Positions 1 through 9,532 of a stretch of 64,000 nt of DNA are shown here, piece by piece. How positions within the stretch are numbered: position 1 is the stretch's first letter; every line of letters starts with the position of its first letter. The stretch covers positions 26,304 through 90,303 of the forward strand of contig CAYTFU010000001.1 in the NCBI GenBank assembly GCA_964437185.1, in the 5' to 3' direction. The position numbers and the translations under genes were made by a program. The notes below the pieces were generated by a model. The model worked only from the letters and a program-made list of their open reading frames with translations. It did not search any database and was not told the origin of the DNA. This stretch comes from an uncultured Candidatus Saccharibacteria bacterium. Lineage in GTDB: Bacteria; Patescibacteriota; Minisyncoccia; Phycocordibacterales; UBA2100.

Positions 1-72
1 GCAGGTGTCGGTCATGGCAGCCTTCACCACAACGCCATCGAGAATTTTTCCTTGCTTGTTTTCTTGTTCCAT
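1..72 (-). CDS. rpsQ: 30S ribosomal protein S17, N-terminal part (gene runs off window)
   Basis: Reverse-strand translation from the ATG at 72 gives MEQENKQGKILDGVVVKAAMTDTC, which has the GxVVs opening of S17. It sits immediately after rpmC in the canonical order. Confidence 0.6.
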   Translation of the reverse strand, partial: MEQENKQGKILDGVVVKAAMTDTC

Positions 73-90
73 ATCAAATGTTTGAGGATA

Positions 91-315
91 CTACGCGTTC
101 TTTGCCTTCGAAGCAACCTTTGAACTTTTTGCCGAAATCTCGCGCGCCCGGAGTTCGGTCAGAATCTGCGCAATCTCGCGGCGAAGATTGCGACCCTCAC
201 GCACGTTGCGCGTGCGCGAACCCGCGCCTCCAAAGCGAAACGCGCGAAGCGCCTCCCGCTTTTCGGCAATGAGTTTCTGCAACTCTGCAACGTCTTGTGT
301 AGATAAATCGGACAT
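91..315 (-). CDS. rpmC: 50S ribosomal protein L29
   Basis: 74-aa ORF; the LSTQDVAELQKLIAEKREALRAFRF region fits the L29 helical consensus. Located between rplP and rpsQ. Confidence 0.8.
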   Translation of the reverse strand: MSDLSTQDVAELQKLIAEKREALRAFRFGGAGSRTRNVREGRNLRREIAQILTELRAREISAKSSKVASKAKNA

Positions 316-329
316 ATCAATGTATATAC

Positions 330-752
330 TTACTCGCGAGCGATCACGCGGGCACTTACCGGCAGCTTGGTCCCCGCCTTGCGAAGGGCTTCGCGCGCAA
401 TAGCTTCCGGAGCACCATCAATTTCAAAAATGACGCGACCAGGCCGAACATCGCACACGTAGCCCGCAACATCGCCCTTTCCGCTACCCATGCCCACTTC
501 CGCCGCCTTGCGTGTAAACGGTCGGTCAGGAAAGATGCGAATCCAGATTTTGGCGCTCTTCCCACCTGCGCGAGAGAGCGCGCGACGCGCCGCTTCCAGC
601 TGATTGGAGGTAATGCGAGCCTGCGTCAAAGATTTGAGACCAAACGAACCAAACGCCACGGTGATGCCGCGCGTCTCGGGAGCATTCAGGCGGCGCTCAT
701 GGCGACGGCCCATTTGCCACTTTCGATATTTTGCTTTCTTTGGTGCCAACAT
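330..752 (-). CDS. rplP: 50S ribosomal protein L16
   Basis: 140-aa ORF starting MLAPKKAKYRKWQMGRRHERRL, typical of L16; sits in canonical order after rpsC. Confidence 0.9.
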   Translation of the reverse strand: MLAPKKAKYRKWQMGRRHERRLNAPETRGITVAFGSFGLKSLTQARITSNQLEAARRALSRAGGKSAKIWIRIFPDRPFTRKAAEVGMGSGKGDVAGYVCDVRPGRVIFEIDGAPEAIAREALRKAGTKLPVSARVIARE

Positions 753-775
753 AAATAAAAATGAATCTCGAAAAA

Positions 776-1447
776 TTATTTCTTCGCCTCCTTCTCGAAT
801 ATCTCTCCGCGGTAAATCCAGACCTTAATCCCAATCACGCCGTATGGAAGGTATGCCTGCTCGCGCGCGAAATCGATGTCTGCGCGAATCGTCTGGAGTG
901 GAACGCGGCCACGCTTGATTTCCTCGCTACGAGACATTTCCGCGCCGCCGAGACGACCAGCAATCGCAATGCGAACGCCTTGCACGTCGCGGTTGGCCAT
1001 CACCTTTTCGACCGTCTGCTTGAGCACACGACGGAAGGTTTGACGCTTCTCCAACCCTTCAGCGATCATGTACGCAACAACCGGCGATTGCGATTCAGGC
1101 GAGCGAACCTCCTCAATGTCGAGTCGAACGGCCTTCTTTTCTGCGCGCGGAACGGTGCCGATCACGCGCTCAATCTCTTTCGTGAGCTTCACCGAACCCT
1201 CTCCCCCGCGCCCAATGACGAGACCTGGGCGCGACGTCTTAATGATCACGCGCACCGCTTTCTCATTGCGCTCAATTTCTACGGATGTGACATAGCTTCC
1301 GCGCAATCGCTTCTTGAGAAAGCGGCGAATCGCTGCGTCGACGCAGACATTTTCGCGATATTTGGCGGGCGATTTCGAAAACCAGCGCGACTTCCAGTCG
1401 CGGATGACCCCGAGTCGATGTGCGTATGGATGTACGGTGTGTGTCAT
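776..1447 (-). CDS. rpsC: 30S ribosomal protein S3
   Basis: 223-aa ORF with KH-domain and S3 C-terminal motifs (GVIRDWKSRWF, RPGLVIGRGGE). The plus-strand ORF 761..1828 on the opposite strand is antisense. Confidence 0.9.
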   Translation of the reverse strand: MTHTVHPYAHRLGVIRDWKSRWFSKSPAKYRENVCVDAAIRRFLKKRLRGSYVTSVEIERNEKAVRVIIKTSRPGLVIGRGGEGSVKLTKEIERVIGTVPRAEKKAVRLDIEEVRSPESQSPVVAYMIAEGLEKRQTFRRVLKQTVEKVMANRDVQGVRIAIAGRLGGAEMSRSEEIKRGRVPLQTIRADIDFAREQAYLPYGVIGIKVWIYRGEIFEKEAKK

Positions 1448-1455
1448 ATATATGT

Positions 1456-1854
1456 TTATTCTGCTTTTGCCGCAACTTTCTTATCACGCGCCTTCGTTTC
1501 TTTCACCTTCTTGGCTCGCGGCGCCTTAGCTACCTCGCGCAAACCAAGCTCGATCGCAACGATGCTGAGCTCCTTGCGAATTGAGCCGGAGCGCCCTCGC
1601 GCAAACGGTCGAGCGCGACGCATGACAAGCCCCTTGTTTACGGTAATCGTTTTGACAAAAAGATTCTCTGCAGACACCTTTGGCCCTGCATTTGAAACTG
1701 CGGAATCGAGGAGCTTGCCAATTGCAGGAGAAGATTTCTTCGGAAGAAACATGAGTGCTCTGCGAGCTGCAGGCACGCTTTTACCACGCACAAGATCAGC
1801 GACAAGGCGTACCTTGCGTGGAGCCTGATGGTAATTGGTGAGAAGCGCTTTCAT
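1456..1854 (-). CDS. rplV: 50S ribosomal protein L22
   Basis: 132-aa ORF; the APRKVRLVADLVRGKSV and RARPFARGRSGSIRK regions match L22. Confidence 0.85.
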   Translation of the reverse strand: MKALLTNYHQAPRKVRLVADLVRGKSVPAARRALMFLPKKSSPAIGKLLDSAVSNAGPKVSAENLFVKTITVNKGLVMRRARPFARGRSGSIRKELSIVAIELGLREVAKAPRAKKVKETKARDKKVAAKAE

Positions 1855-1884
1855 AGTATTTATTATTTATTGTGAGCGTCCGAA

Positions 1885-2223
1885 CTACTTCTTCGCTGTT
1901 GCCGTAGCCTTCGCCGCCGTTGCTGCGGCGACTTCCGCAGCCTTTGCTGCCATTTCGTTTTCCTTCTGCATCTTACCGCCGTGCTTGATGAACTTGGTGG
2001 TCGGAGCAAATTCGCCCAATCGGTGGCCCACCATGTCTTCCGTCACAAACACCTCATCAAAATTCTTCCCCGTGTGTACTGAAAACGTGTAGCCCACAAA
2101 CTCCGGTGCGATCTGACTTGCGCGCGCCCACGTCTTGATAGCGCCCTGCCCGCTCTTGCGGGTAGAGACCTTCTTCATGAGTTTGACGTCCACGTACGGA
2201 CCTTTTTTGAGTGAGCGTGTCAT
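1885..2223 (-). CDS. rpsS: 30S ribosomal protein S19 with Ala/Lys-rich C-terminal extension
   Basis: Contains [12 protein letters not shown] and [10 protein letters not shown], both S19 signatures. It is 112 aa against about 92 typical, with a tail [18 protein letters not shown]. Confidence 0.85.
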   Translation of the reverse strand: MTRSLKKGPYVDVKLMKKVSTRKSGQGAIKTWARASQIAPEFVGYTFSVHTGKNFDEVFVTEDMVGHRLGEFAPTTKFIKHGGKMQKENEMAAKAAEVAAATAAKATATAKK

Positions 2224-2328
2224 GTGTTCAATTTAAAACCCGCATGCGCGGGAGTCCGCACAATGTATAGGAAAGAGGACCTGCTGTCAACAAAAATCCG
2301 GTTTGTGCCGGATTGTTTGTTTGATTTT

Positions 2329-3177
2329 CTATTTTCTCTTCCCCACTCTTCGTCGAGAGACGAGAAACACATTTGAATACTTCTTTGGTCGGCGCGTCTT
2401 TTGGCCCTTACCTGCAGGTTTGCCCCAGAGCGTCTTCTGACGACGAGAGCCGCGACCTTGCTTACCTTCACCACCACCGTGTGGGTGATCCACGGGGTTC
2501 ATAGCGGACCCACGGACGGTCGGACGAATACCGAGCCATCGATTTCTTCCAGCCTTACCGATCCGAACGAGACGGTGTTCTTCGTTGGAAACTTCGCCGA
2601 CAGAGGCCCATGCGGTCGAGATCACGCGACGCACTTCGGTCGAGGGCATCTTAATGTGTGTGTACCCGGCGTCTTGAGCCACTACTTCGCAGAAATTGCC
2701 CGCTGAACGCGCGAGGACTGCTCCACCGTTGGGCTTCAGCTCTATGTTGTACACAAACGTACCGACAGGCATGTTGCCGAGCGGCAAGCGATTTGCGCGC
2801 GTTACGGGAGCTGTCTCGGATACGATGAACGTATCGCCAACTTTCGCGAGCTTCGGAAGAAGGACGTAGCGCTTCTCGCCGTCGGCATACACCGCGACAC
2901 CGATGAATGCGCTGCGGAACGGGTCATACTCAACCGTCGTGATCTTCGCAGGGATATTTTTCTTATCAAACCGAAAATCAACCATGCGGTGACTCTTCTT
3001 ATGACCTCCACCTTGATGACGCACCGTGATGCGACCGAAGGAATTGCGGCCGGCGTAGCTCCTCCCGCCCTTCATGAGCGACTTTTCCGGCTTGTGACCA
3101 GAGAGCACCTCGCGGTAGTTGATCGAAATTCGTCCGCGCTGGGATGGTGACGTTGGTTTGTATTCTTTCATTGCCAT
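2329..3177 (-). CDS. rplB: 50S ribosomal protein L2
   Basis: 282-aa ORF with L2 motifs (GGGHKKSHRMVDF, GRNRWLGIRPTVRG). Confidence 0.9.
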   Translation of the reverse strand: MAMKEYKPTSPSQRGRISINYREVLSGHKPEKSLMKGGRSYAGRNSFGRITVRHQGGGHKKSHRMVDFRFDKKNIPAKITTVEYDPFRSAFIGVAVYADGEKRYVLLPKLAKVGDTFIVSETAPVTRANRLPLGNMPVGTFVYNIELKPNGGAVLARSAGNFCEVVAQDAGYTHIKMPSTEVRRVISTAWASVGEVSNEEHRLVRIGKAGRNRWLGIRPTVRGSAMNPVDHPHGGGEGKQGRGSRRQKTLWGKPAGKGQKTRRPKKYSNVFLVSRRRVGKRK

Positions 3178-3190
3178 ACGTTATAAAAAA

Positions 3191-3550
3191 TTATCCGATA
3201 GTGATCGTCTCGCCTTTCTTCAGATACACGTAGGCCTTTTTGCCTCCGTGCGTGATACCCACCTTGCCAGTGCGAGGATTGCGGCGCTTCTTCGTCGGGA
3301 TACTCACGACACGCACCTTGCGTGGCATGACTTTGTAGTGCGCCTGGACCGCTTGCATCACGTCGCGCTTCGTCGCATTGTCGGCAATATCGAATGTGTA
3401 AACCCCATCGGCAGAGTGCATGGTCGCCTTTTCGGTGATGCGCGCATGCTTCAAGATGTGCGATAGATCGCGCACAGAGCTCACCGAAGACGCCTCAGGG
3501 GCGACAGGCTTCGCCGCAGATTTCTTTTCTTTTTTGCTAAAGAGTGCCAT
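3191..3550 (-). CDS. rplW: 50S ribosomal protein L23 with Lys/Ala-rich N-terminal extension
   Basis: The core DLSHILKHARITEKATMHSADGVYTFDIADNATKRDV aligns with L23. About 25 extra N-terminal residues precede it. Confidence 0.8.
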   Translation of the reverse strand: MALFSKKEKKSAAKPVAPEASSVSSVRDLSHILKHARITEKATMHSADGVYTFDIADNATKRDVMQAVQAHYKVMPRKVRVVSIPTKKRRNPRTGKVGITHGGKKAYVYLKKGETITIG

Positions 3551-3568
3551 ATATAAGGGGTCGTGTTT

Positions 3569-4261
3569 TTAGTTTTTAGTTTTTTTCGAGCTGGTCTTCT
3601 TGGTGGCGCGGCTCTCGACAATCGCGACCGACGCCTCAGGATTCTCAATCACGAGGAACGAGCTCTTGAGTACAGAAACCGGGTTGAGATTGCGCGTTGC
3701 CACGCATTCGACATTACCGATATTGCGGAAACTCTTTTGCACTGCTTCGGTCGGCTCCGCGAACGCAATGAGCGCGGCATTCTTCTTTTTTGTCGAAAGC
3801 TTCTCGAATCCCGAAACCCCGGAGAGCATGACGAGCGCCCTGCGCGCGACTGCTGTCTTGGGCGCATCGATACCAAAGGAATCGACAAACATGATTTCGC
3901 CATCCTTGAACTTCCGTGAAAGTGCCATGAACAGCGCCTTCGCACGCATCTTTTTTGGAATTACTTTGCTGTAATTTTTCTCAGCGCGAGGGCCATGCGT
4001 CACTCCTCCCCCTCTCCAGATGGGAGATCGGCTCGAACCATGACGTGCGCGGCCCGTGCCCTTCTGTGCCCACGGCTTCTTTCCGCCTCCACGTACCTCA
4101 CCGCGCGTCTTTGTGTGCGCAACGCTCGTTCGCGCGTTTGATTGCATGCCGGTCACGACCTGGTGCATCAGACCGTCGTTCCATGCGACGTTGAAAACGC
4201 TCTCGGGCAACGTGACCGATCCTTTCTTCTTTCCCTGTGCGTTGTAAATAGTAGATTCCAT
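3569..4261 (-). CDS. rplD: 50S ribosomal protein L4
   Basis: L4 motifs are present (KKPWAQKGTGRARHGSSRSPIWRGGGV). The ORF track starts at 4318, which overlaps rplC by 47 nt; the internal start MESTIYNAQ (4261) matches the L4 N-terminus and removes the overlap. Confidence 0.85.
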   Translation of the reverse strand: MESTIYNAQGKKKGSVTLPESVFNVAWNDGLMHQVVTGMQSNARTSVAHTKTRGEVRGGGKKPWAQKGTGRARHGSSRSPIWRGGGVTHGPRAEKNYSKVIPKKMRAKALFMALSRKFKDGEIMFVDSFGIDAPKTAVARRALVMLSGVSGFEKLSTKKKNAALIAFAEPTEAVQKSFRNIGNVECVATRNLNPVSVLKSSFLVIENPEASVAIVESRATKKTSSKKTKN

Positions 4262-4271
4262 ATGTAAATGA

Positions 4272-4904
4272 TTAGCCTCGGATTTCAACGAGCGTACCGG
4301 GTTTCCCTGGAATTGCACCTGAGATCAGGAGCGTACTCGTCGTTGCGTCGACTTGGAGGACTTTCAAATTTTTGACCGTCACCCGGTCGCCGCCCATTCG
4401 GCCCGCCATGCGCATACCGGGGACGACTCTGCCGCCCGCGCGACCACCGCCGCCGATTGAGCCCGGACTGCGTTCTCTATTTTTCTGACCGTGCGATCGA
4501 GGACCGCCGCTAAAACCATGACGCTTCACAACGCCCTGAAAACCCTTTCCCTTTGAAATAGCTGAGACGGCGACTACATCGCCAGGCACAAACACCGACA
4601 CATCAATCACATCGCCCCGCTTCGCCTCACCTGAAAGCGGAAATTCCCTTAGGTGTCGAAACATTGAAAGATCTTTGAGGTGGCCCTTTTGTGCGGCATT
4701 CACATTTTTCTCCTTGCGCGACCCAAATCCAATCTGGGCGGCGTCGTACCCATCCTTTTCCTTCCCCTTCACTTGCGTGACTGTGATCGGACCTGCGGTA
4801 ATGATCGTCGCGGCAGAAACGACACCCTTCTCATCGAAGATTTGTGTCATCCGACCCTTTGTTCCGAGCATGAATTTCACCCCGTTAGAAGTTTTGTCTG
4901 TCAT
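4272..4904 (-). CDS. rplC: 50S ribosomal protein L3
   Basis: 210-aa ORF with the L3 N-terminus (MLGTKGRMTQIFDEKGVVSAATII) and a Gly-rich C-terminal loop. It is not preceded by rpsJ as in the canonical order. Confidence 0.9.
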   Translation of the reverse strand: MTDKTSNGVKFMLGTKGRMTQIFDEKGVVSAATIITAGPITVTQVKGKEKDGYDAAQIGFGSRKEKNVNAAQKGHLKDLSMFRHLREFPLSGEAKRGDVIDVSVFVPGDVVAVSAISKGKGFQGVVKRHGFSGGPRSHGQKNRERSPGSIGGGGRAGGRVVPGMRMAGRMGGDRVTVKNLKVLQVDATTSTLLISGAIPGKPGTLVEIRG

Positions 4905-5012
4905 AGTTGTTGTTCACGTGTTCTTCGTATCTTTCCGGCCTGCCCCATTACTTCTAACGGGGTTAATTCGGCATTGTCGTATTTGTTTCGCTGTGCTCAC
5001 AAATACTCTGTG

Positions 5013-5041
5013 CCTCATTAAAAATCCGCGCAACAGCGCGG
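5013..5041 (-). terminator. Rho-independent terminator (minus strand) separating the accessory island from rplC
   Basis: Minus-strand RNA folds a hairpin ccgcgc-uguu-gcgcgg and is followed immediately by AUUUUUAAU. It lies downstream of the gene at 5160..5621 and upstream of rplC. Confidence 0.6.
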
Positions 5042-5159
5042 CCTTAGCCTACACCATTGGTCCCGTATGGGGACGTAGCTTGTCCTTCCATAGTCCGCGC
5101 GAAGCGGACGGAGGAGGACGTGCAGAGCAGTATACGCAGGACAAGAGAAAATGCAATAC

Positions 5160-5621
5160 CTACCCCTGCGGAGCGACATTACTTCTACGAGAGCGGATAT
5201 GAAGCACTTCCGCGAGAATCCATACCATGCCAATCGAGGTCACGCCAAAAAGTATTGGCGCAGGACTATTTGGATCATCGAAACCAAAGGCGGTGTTGAA
5301 TGTGCAAAGTGGCGGCCACGAATCGCACACCTCTTCCTCCGCGACCTCCCCCAACGATGCCGAGGGCGAGGCCTCCCTCTCGGGGCGCCACGTAATCGCC
5401 TCCGCGGTTAGACCACTGCTGTTTGCCTCGGCCGCGAGCGCCTCGACCATAGAATCAATTTGTGCGGTAGAGAGTGTAGATGTGCGCGGGTCATTCAAAA
5501 TCGAGCTTCGGATCACCGCGCGAATGTCTGAGTCGCTCTCTGCGAGCGCAAGGACGGGCACCAAAAAAAGCGCTACGAGTACTACGAAAAATATTTTCGG
5601 AGCCAGAGTCGATTGATTCAT
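5160..5621 (-). CDS. hypothetical secreted protein (signal peptide plus C-terminal hydrophobic segment)
   Basis: Likely start MNQSTLAPKIFFVVLVALFLVPVLALAES, a signal peptide. Acidic mature region, then a C-terminal hydrophobic stretch ILFGVTSIGMVWILAEVL. No recognisable domain. Confidence 0.45.
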   Translation of the reverse strand: MNQSTLAPKIFFVVLVALFLVPVLALAESDSDIRAVIRSSILNDPRTSTLSTAQIDSMVEALAAEANSSGLTAEAITWRPEREASPSASLGEVAEEEVCDSWPPLCTFNTAFGFDDPNSPAPILFGVTSIGMVWILAEVLHIRSRRSNVAPQG

Positions 5622-5687
5622 TGTGTGCATTGTATCACCGTGTTGTGAGGCAGGGCGGCAGTACGCGTAATACATGTGGATCAAACG

Positions 5688-8540
5688 TTATATCGGCACA
5701 CACGTGCCATTCACCTTCACAAATCCTGCAGCACAGTTTTCTTCAAACGTTGGTAGCACATTGACCGTGGACGATCGCGAGACACTCGAAGGAGTCGAGC
5801 CTGGAAGGCCCTGACAGACGATGGTGAAGACTGTCTGAGACGCGATGGGCGAGCTCGTCTTTGCTCCCGTCGGAGTGCTCCACACACCCGTGGCATTGCT
5901 GCCCGTTCCATCGCCGTTGGTCGCCGTCACGCTGCATGACGAAACATTGCTTGCGGTCCAGAAAACATTTACGGACGTGCCGACGCGTACGAGGAGCGGG
6001 ATAACGCTCCACGAAGTGATGGCGGGAGCGGCGGTACCTATGCATCCACCGACAGAACAACCATTCGTACACATCTGAACGAGCGCACCCGTACAACTAT
6101 TGACGACATTGTTGCCCGAACATACGTTCGTGCATGATAGCGGCGGCACGCAGAGACTCGTACTCGGGTCGAGAGTCCATAGAGTGGGGCAACCGATGAA
6201 CGTGCACACGCCGGGTGATGTTTCAGTATATCCGGAGGGGCATCCCATAAACTGACATGAATTTCCGACAAATATGGATCCGATTGGGCAGTCGATTATC
6301 GGCACACAGACGCCGCCCACAAGGGTGTACCCAGGAAAACACGACGTCGGTACACACTGACCATTCACGTCGCGTGACTCACCTACTGGACATTGTGGAA
6401 CACACCCAGAAAGCGTGCTACCCGGGGTGCAGCCATTGGGAAGACATTCGCCATTGGTCATAAGTGTGGTTCCAGACGGGCATGATCCCTGACACTCTGG
6501 AAGTGTGCTGCCGGGAGAGCAGAATGTGATGCTAGAGGCCACAACGTCTATCCACGCGGAACAGTTATTGTCCTCGTTTGAACCCTCATTGATCGCCCCG
6601 AGGTCGGTCGCCGAACTTTTGTCAGCACATGCGCGCACAGAGTACGAGCCAGCCGTCAAAAAAGTGTGTGTCGCAGTAATCGGACTACTTGCGCCTGCTG
6701 CGAGCGCGGAGAAATGAATCGCTGGCGTAAGATCCACAATGGTACCGGTTCCTCCAGCGCCACCCGCAACCTGGAAGAAGTTGTTGAAGCCAACACCTAT
6801 GGATACAGGACCCCTATTCATTATAGTGGCAGACAAGGTAAACGGAGCATTGATAGTGGCACTGCCGGGACTTGTATTTACCGCGGTAAGATCGGGCAGA
6901 TTGTCGACACAAGAGCCACTCTGAAGCACTTGTCCTGCCGGACAAGCCGTGGGCACACACACACCGTCCAGCAAGACCTGACCGGTCGGACACGACACCA
7001 CAGGCACATTAACATTCACCCACTCACTGCAGTTGTTGTTTTCATACGCACCCTCGTTGATGGTACCGGCGTCTGTGGAGGAGCTCTTGTCGGCGCACGC
7101 TCGCGTGGAGTATGTGCCGCCTGCGGTAAAGGTGTGTGGAAGAGATATATCGTTGCTCGTGCCTCCTCTCAGGGATGAGAGAGAAACAGCGGGAGTGAGA
7201 TCGGTGATGGTACCTCCGCCGTTTGCTTCTGATGCGACCTGGAAGAAGTTGTAGAAGCTGATCCAACTCCCCGTTGAGCCAACGCCCGCGTTGGTAATGA
7301 TGGCGGAGAGCGTGGTCGCAACGTCGACCGTGGCGGACGTCGGGCTCGTGTTGAGTGCGGTGAGGTCGGGGCCGAGGGTGCCGCCAGTGTTGTAGAACGT
7401 GCAGGAGACGATGTTGTCTTGGTTCAACTTCACGCCGCCGATGATGCCGTCGACGATGGTGCCGGTGAGCGTTCCGTTGTCGGTTGCGCCCGTGCAGGAA
7501 GCGCCGAGGATGGTGTGGCCGCTCTGCTGGATTTCTTCAACAGACCATGGGCCGAAACCGCTGACTCTGAAAGGCTCCGTGTAGCCTAGGAAGTCGGTGG
7601 TTTTCGAGACGCCGGCGACCGTGAAATCCCACCCAGAGGCTGGAGCCTGATCGTTGGTTGTGCCCAAGTTGCCATCGACGTCGTAGATCTTCTTGACGGT
7701 GATGGTGCCTCCGCATTGCTCACGTGCGATGCTCGCCAAGTCAGTAGCGAGCGTGCTGAAGTTTGAGGAGAATACGCTGTTGGGACTTGCGATTGCCTGG
7801 AGGTTCGCCGCATCGAGACCGCTGCCGATGCCGATGGCGAGGATGCGTGTTCCCGATGACTTGATGGAGTTGGCGACCGTCACTGCTGCTGAGACTGCGG
7901 TGCTCTCGCTCACGCTCGTGTACCCACCGGTCCCATTATTAATCGTGTTTGGGTTGCCGTCGGAGGCGAATATGACGAGGTTGTTGGCTGAGGGACGGGG
8001 GTCGAAGGTGCTCTGCGAAGCGAGGAGTGCGCCCTGCCAGTTGGTGCTCCCTGATCCGTCGATGGCATCGATCTCGGAATTTACCCGCGAAAGATCATTT
8101 CCGTAGGGTAGGAACTGGAGACGGACTGTTGCTGTGTTATCGAACTTCACGAGCGAAAAGAGCGTGGGGGTTTCTGGGAGGAGTGCGCTTGTGAATCCCT
8201 TCAACGCAGACTTCATCTGAGAGAGTTCCGTGTTATCGATTGATCCCGAGACGTCCATCACGAGCGAGACGTCGAGACCGCAGGTGCCCTCGACAGGCAA
8301 GCTACACTGCCCCGCGTAGTCGGCATCGGATGGGCATGATGCGGGGACGATCTGGAGGCCGGAGTGCGAGGCGTCGGTGAATTGGACTTCGGAGGATGTA
8401 AAAGGCTTCGATGAAACTTGTGTAAAAGCTCCACTCAATATAAGTGCGGCCGCAAGCAAAGCGCCGACCACAAATACACCCTGCCATAGGTCTGCAGGAG
8501 CTACCGAGTCATCCTCACGTCGCCTCTTAGGAGCTACCAT
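5688..8540 (-). CDS. giant membrane-anchored surface protein: vWA domain, CnaB-like segment, two CARDB-like repeats and a Cys-rich C-terminal module
   Basis: 950 aa with an N-terminal transmembrane anchor. vWA MIDAS residues are present (DVSGS...T...ASDGNPN). TITVKKIYDVDGN...GWDFTV resembles a CnaB-type fold. Two tandem CARDB-like domains of about 120 aa (NTSP[TG]SAT...ACADKSS). Then a series of C.PG.TL..G.CVP repeats. Confidence 0.7.
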   Translation of the reverse strand: MVAPKRRREDDSVAPADLWQGVFVVGALLAAALILSGAFTQVSSKPFTSSEVQFTDASHSGLQIVPASCPSDADYAGQCSLPVEGTCGLDVSLVMDVSGSIDNTELSQMKSALKGFTSALLPETPTLFSLVKFDNTATVRLQFLPYGNDLSRVNSEIDAIDGSGSTNWQGALLASQSTFDPRPSANNLVIFASDGNPNTINNGTGGYTSVSESTAVSAAVTVANSIKSSGTRILAIGIGSGLDAANLQAIASPNSVFSSNFSTLATDLASIAREQCGGTITVKKIYDVDGNLGTTNDQAPASGWDFTVAGVSKTTDFLGYTEPFRVSGFGPWSVEEIQQSGHTILGASCTGATDNGTLTGTIVDGIIGGVKLNQDNIVSCTFYNTGGTLGPDLTALNTSPTSATVDVATTLSAIITNAGVGSTGSWISFYNFFQVASEANGGGTITDLTPAVSLSSLRGGTSNDISLPHTFTAGGTYSTRACADKSSSTDAGTINEGAYENNNCSEWVNVNVPVVSCPTGQVLLDGVCVPTACPAGQVLQSGSCVDNLPDLTAVNTSPGSATINAPFTLSATIMNRGPVSIGVGFNNFFQVAGGAGGTGTIVDLTPAIHFSALAAGASSPITATHTFLTAGSYSVRACADKSSATDLGAINEGSNEDNNCSAWIDVVASSITFCSPGSTLPECQGSCPSGTTLMTNGECLPNGCTPGSTLSGCVPQCPVGESRDVNGQCVPTSCFPGYTLVGGVCVPIIDCPIGSIFVGNSCQFMGCPSGYTETSPGVCTFIGCPTLWTLDPSTSLCVPPLSCTNVCSGNNVVNSCTGALVQMCTNGCSVGGCIGTAAPAITSWSVIPLLVRVGTSVNVFWTASNVSSCSVTATNGDGTGSNATGVWSTPTGAKTSSPIASQTVFTIVCQGLPGSTPSSVSRSSTVNVLPTFEENCAAGFVKVNGTCVPI
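6545..7367. repeat. intragenic tandem duplication (two CARDB-like domain copies) inside the 950-aa gene
   Basis: Protein segments aa ~392-513 and ~550-665 are about 60% identical. Off-frame ORFs at 6505..6717 and 7033..7254 share SVAELLSAHAR.EY, which shows the similarity holds at nucleotide level. Confidence 0.6.
7002..8396. repeat. copy A of a ~1.39 kb direct repeat (5' coding region of the vWA adhesin paralogues)
   Basis: aa 49-513 of the 950-aa protein are near-identical to aa 46-509 of the 1186-aa protein. Off-frame ORFs at 7693..8106 vs 27332..27757 and 7033..7254 vs 26621..27034 are almost identical, so nucleotide identity is high. Confidence 0.8.
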
Positions 8541-8647
8541 ATATATTTATATAATACCGCGCTTTAAGAGACTAATGCTCCGGGGGTGTGTATACCATGC
8601 TCAGGCAAACACCTCCTAGCGCAGGTCGTCAAAAAATCCACATACAA

Positions 8648-9502
8648 TCATAGCCTATCGGAATCTACTTTCATCTGAATAGTGTGCCGGTTGTCGCTCA
8701 CTGCGTTTTTAAACGCCATAACCCCTAGGCCCGCAACTTGAGGATCATTGCCGGGATATGCCACGAGCCATTGCTGCTGCGAAAGATCTGAAACCGCAGC
8801 GTGCGCTTTCTCTACCTGCGCCAACGCCTCCTCGTAGCGGCCGAGCTCAAACAATGCGGTTGCGCTCGAATTGAGCAGCCAAGGATTTGAGGGAAAATAG
8901 ATAAGCCCTTTTTGAGTGACTTGCTCTGCATATGCATATTGATTGCCCTTTAAGAGCACCCAAGCCAGATCATTGAGAGCTGCCCAGTTGCGAGGATCTG
9001 ATTCTAAATAGCGTTCGTAATCCTTCACTGAGTCGTCGTACCTACCCATATACCCCTCGATCAAACCCCGAATATAGTACGAGGATGCCGACACGGGACC
9101 ATTCGGAAGATTGATCTCCGCGTTTATTCGCACCATTGCTCTATTGAAATTACCCCTCAGAAACGACACGCGAGCGAGCTGGTGGTATACGCCGGGGAAG
9201 GTGGAGTCGAGTTTGAGCGCTTCTTCATACCAATACTCGGCACGTTTAATATCGTACTGGTCGACGTTGCTCGCATTAAAGTGCACGTTGCCATACTCGT
9301 ACGCGAGCTCGGCCGACGGATAAAACGCGAAGGTGATATTCTCTCTCGTCTGACTTTCGGAACCGCTTACGTGCAATACGACACCGACAAAAATGATAGT
9401 AGCTGCAAACAAAAGAAACACGAACTTTCTCACGGACATGCGGACAGCATGATGAATTAACCAACGCATACCGATTAGTATAGCGCGCGAGCCTTTAAGC
9501 AA
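8648..9502 (-). CDS. membrane-anchored TPR-repeat protein
   Basis: One hydrophobic helix (FVFLLFAATIIFVGVVL; possible internal start MSVRKF at 9439), followed by TPR-like helices (AEYWYEEALKLD, YERYLESDPRNWAALNDLAWVL, LGRYEEALAQVEKA). Confidence 0.55.
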   Translation of the reverse strand: MLKGSRAILIGMRWLIHHAVRMSVRKFVFLLFAATIIFVGVVLHVSGSESQTRENITFAFYPSAELAYEYGNVHFNASNVDQYDIKRAEYWYEEALKLDSTFPGVYHQLARVSFLRGNFNRAMVRINAEINLPNGPVSASSYYIRGLIEGYMGRYDDSVKDYERYLESDPRNWAALNDLAWVLLKGNQYAYAEQVTQKGLIYFPSNPWLLNSSATALFELGRYEEALAQVEKAHAAVSDLSQQQWLVAYPGNDPQVAGLGVMAFKNAVSDNRHTIQMKVDSDRL

Positions 9503-9532
9503 TCAATCCGATCATCGCTAACAATGATCGCG

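Noticed and set aside
761-1828. 355-aa plus-strand ORF covering the rpsC/rplV region
   Set aside because: It is antisense to clearly recognisable S3 and L22 genes. It is Arg/Leu/Ala-rich as expected for the reverse strand of GC-rich coding DNA, and has no motif.
4905-5160. Possible tRNA or remnant rpsJ 3' end between rplC and the island
   Set aside because: No T-loop (GTTCxA) or cloverleaf-compatible sequence was seen by eye. Translations of all frames show nothing S10-like. The region has only a terminator and a small hairpin with a G-U pair. A tRNAscan-type search would be needed to be certain.
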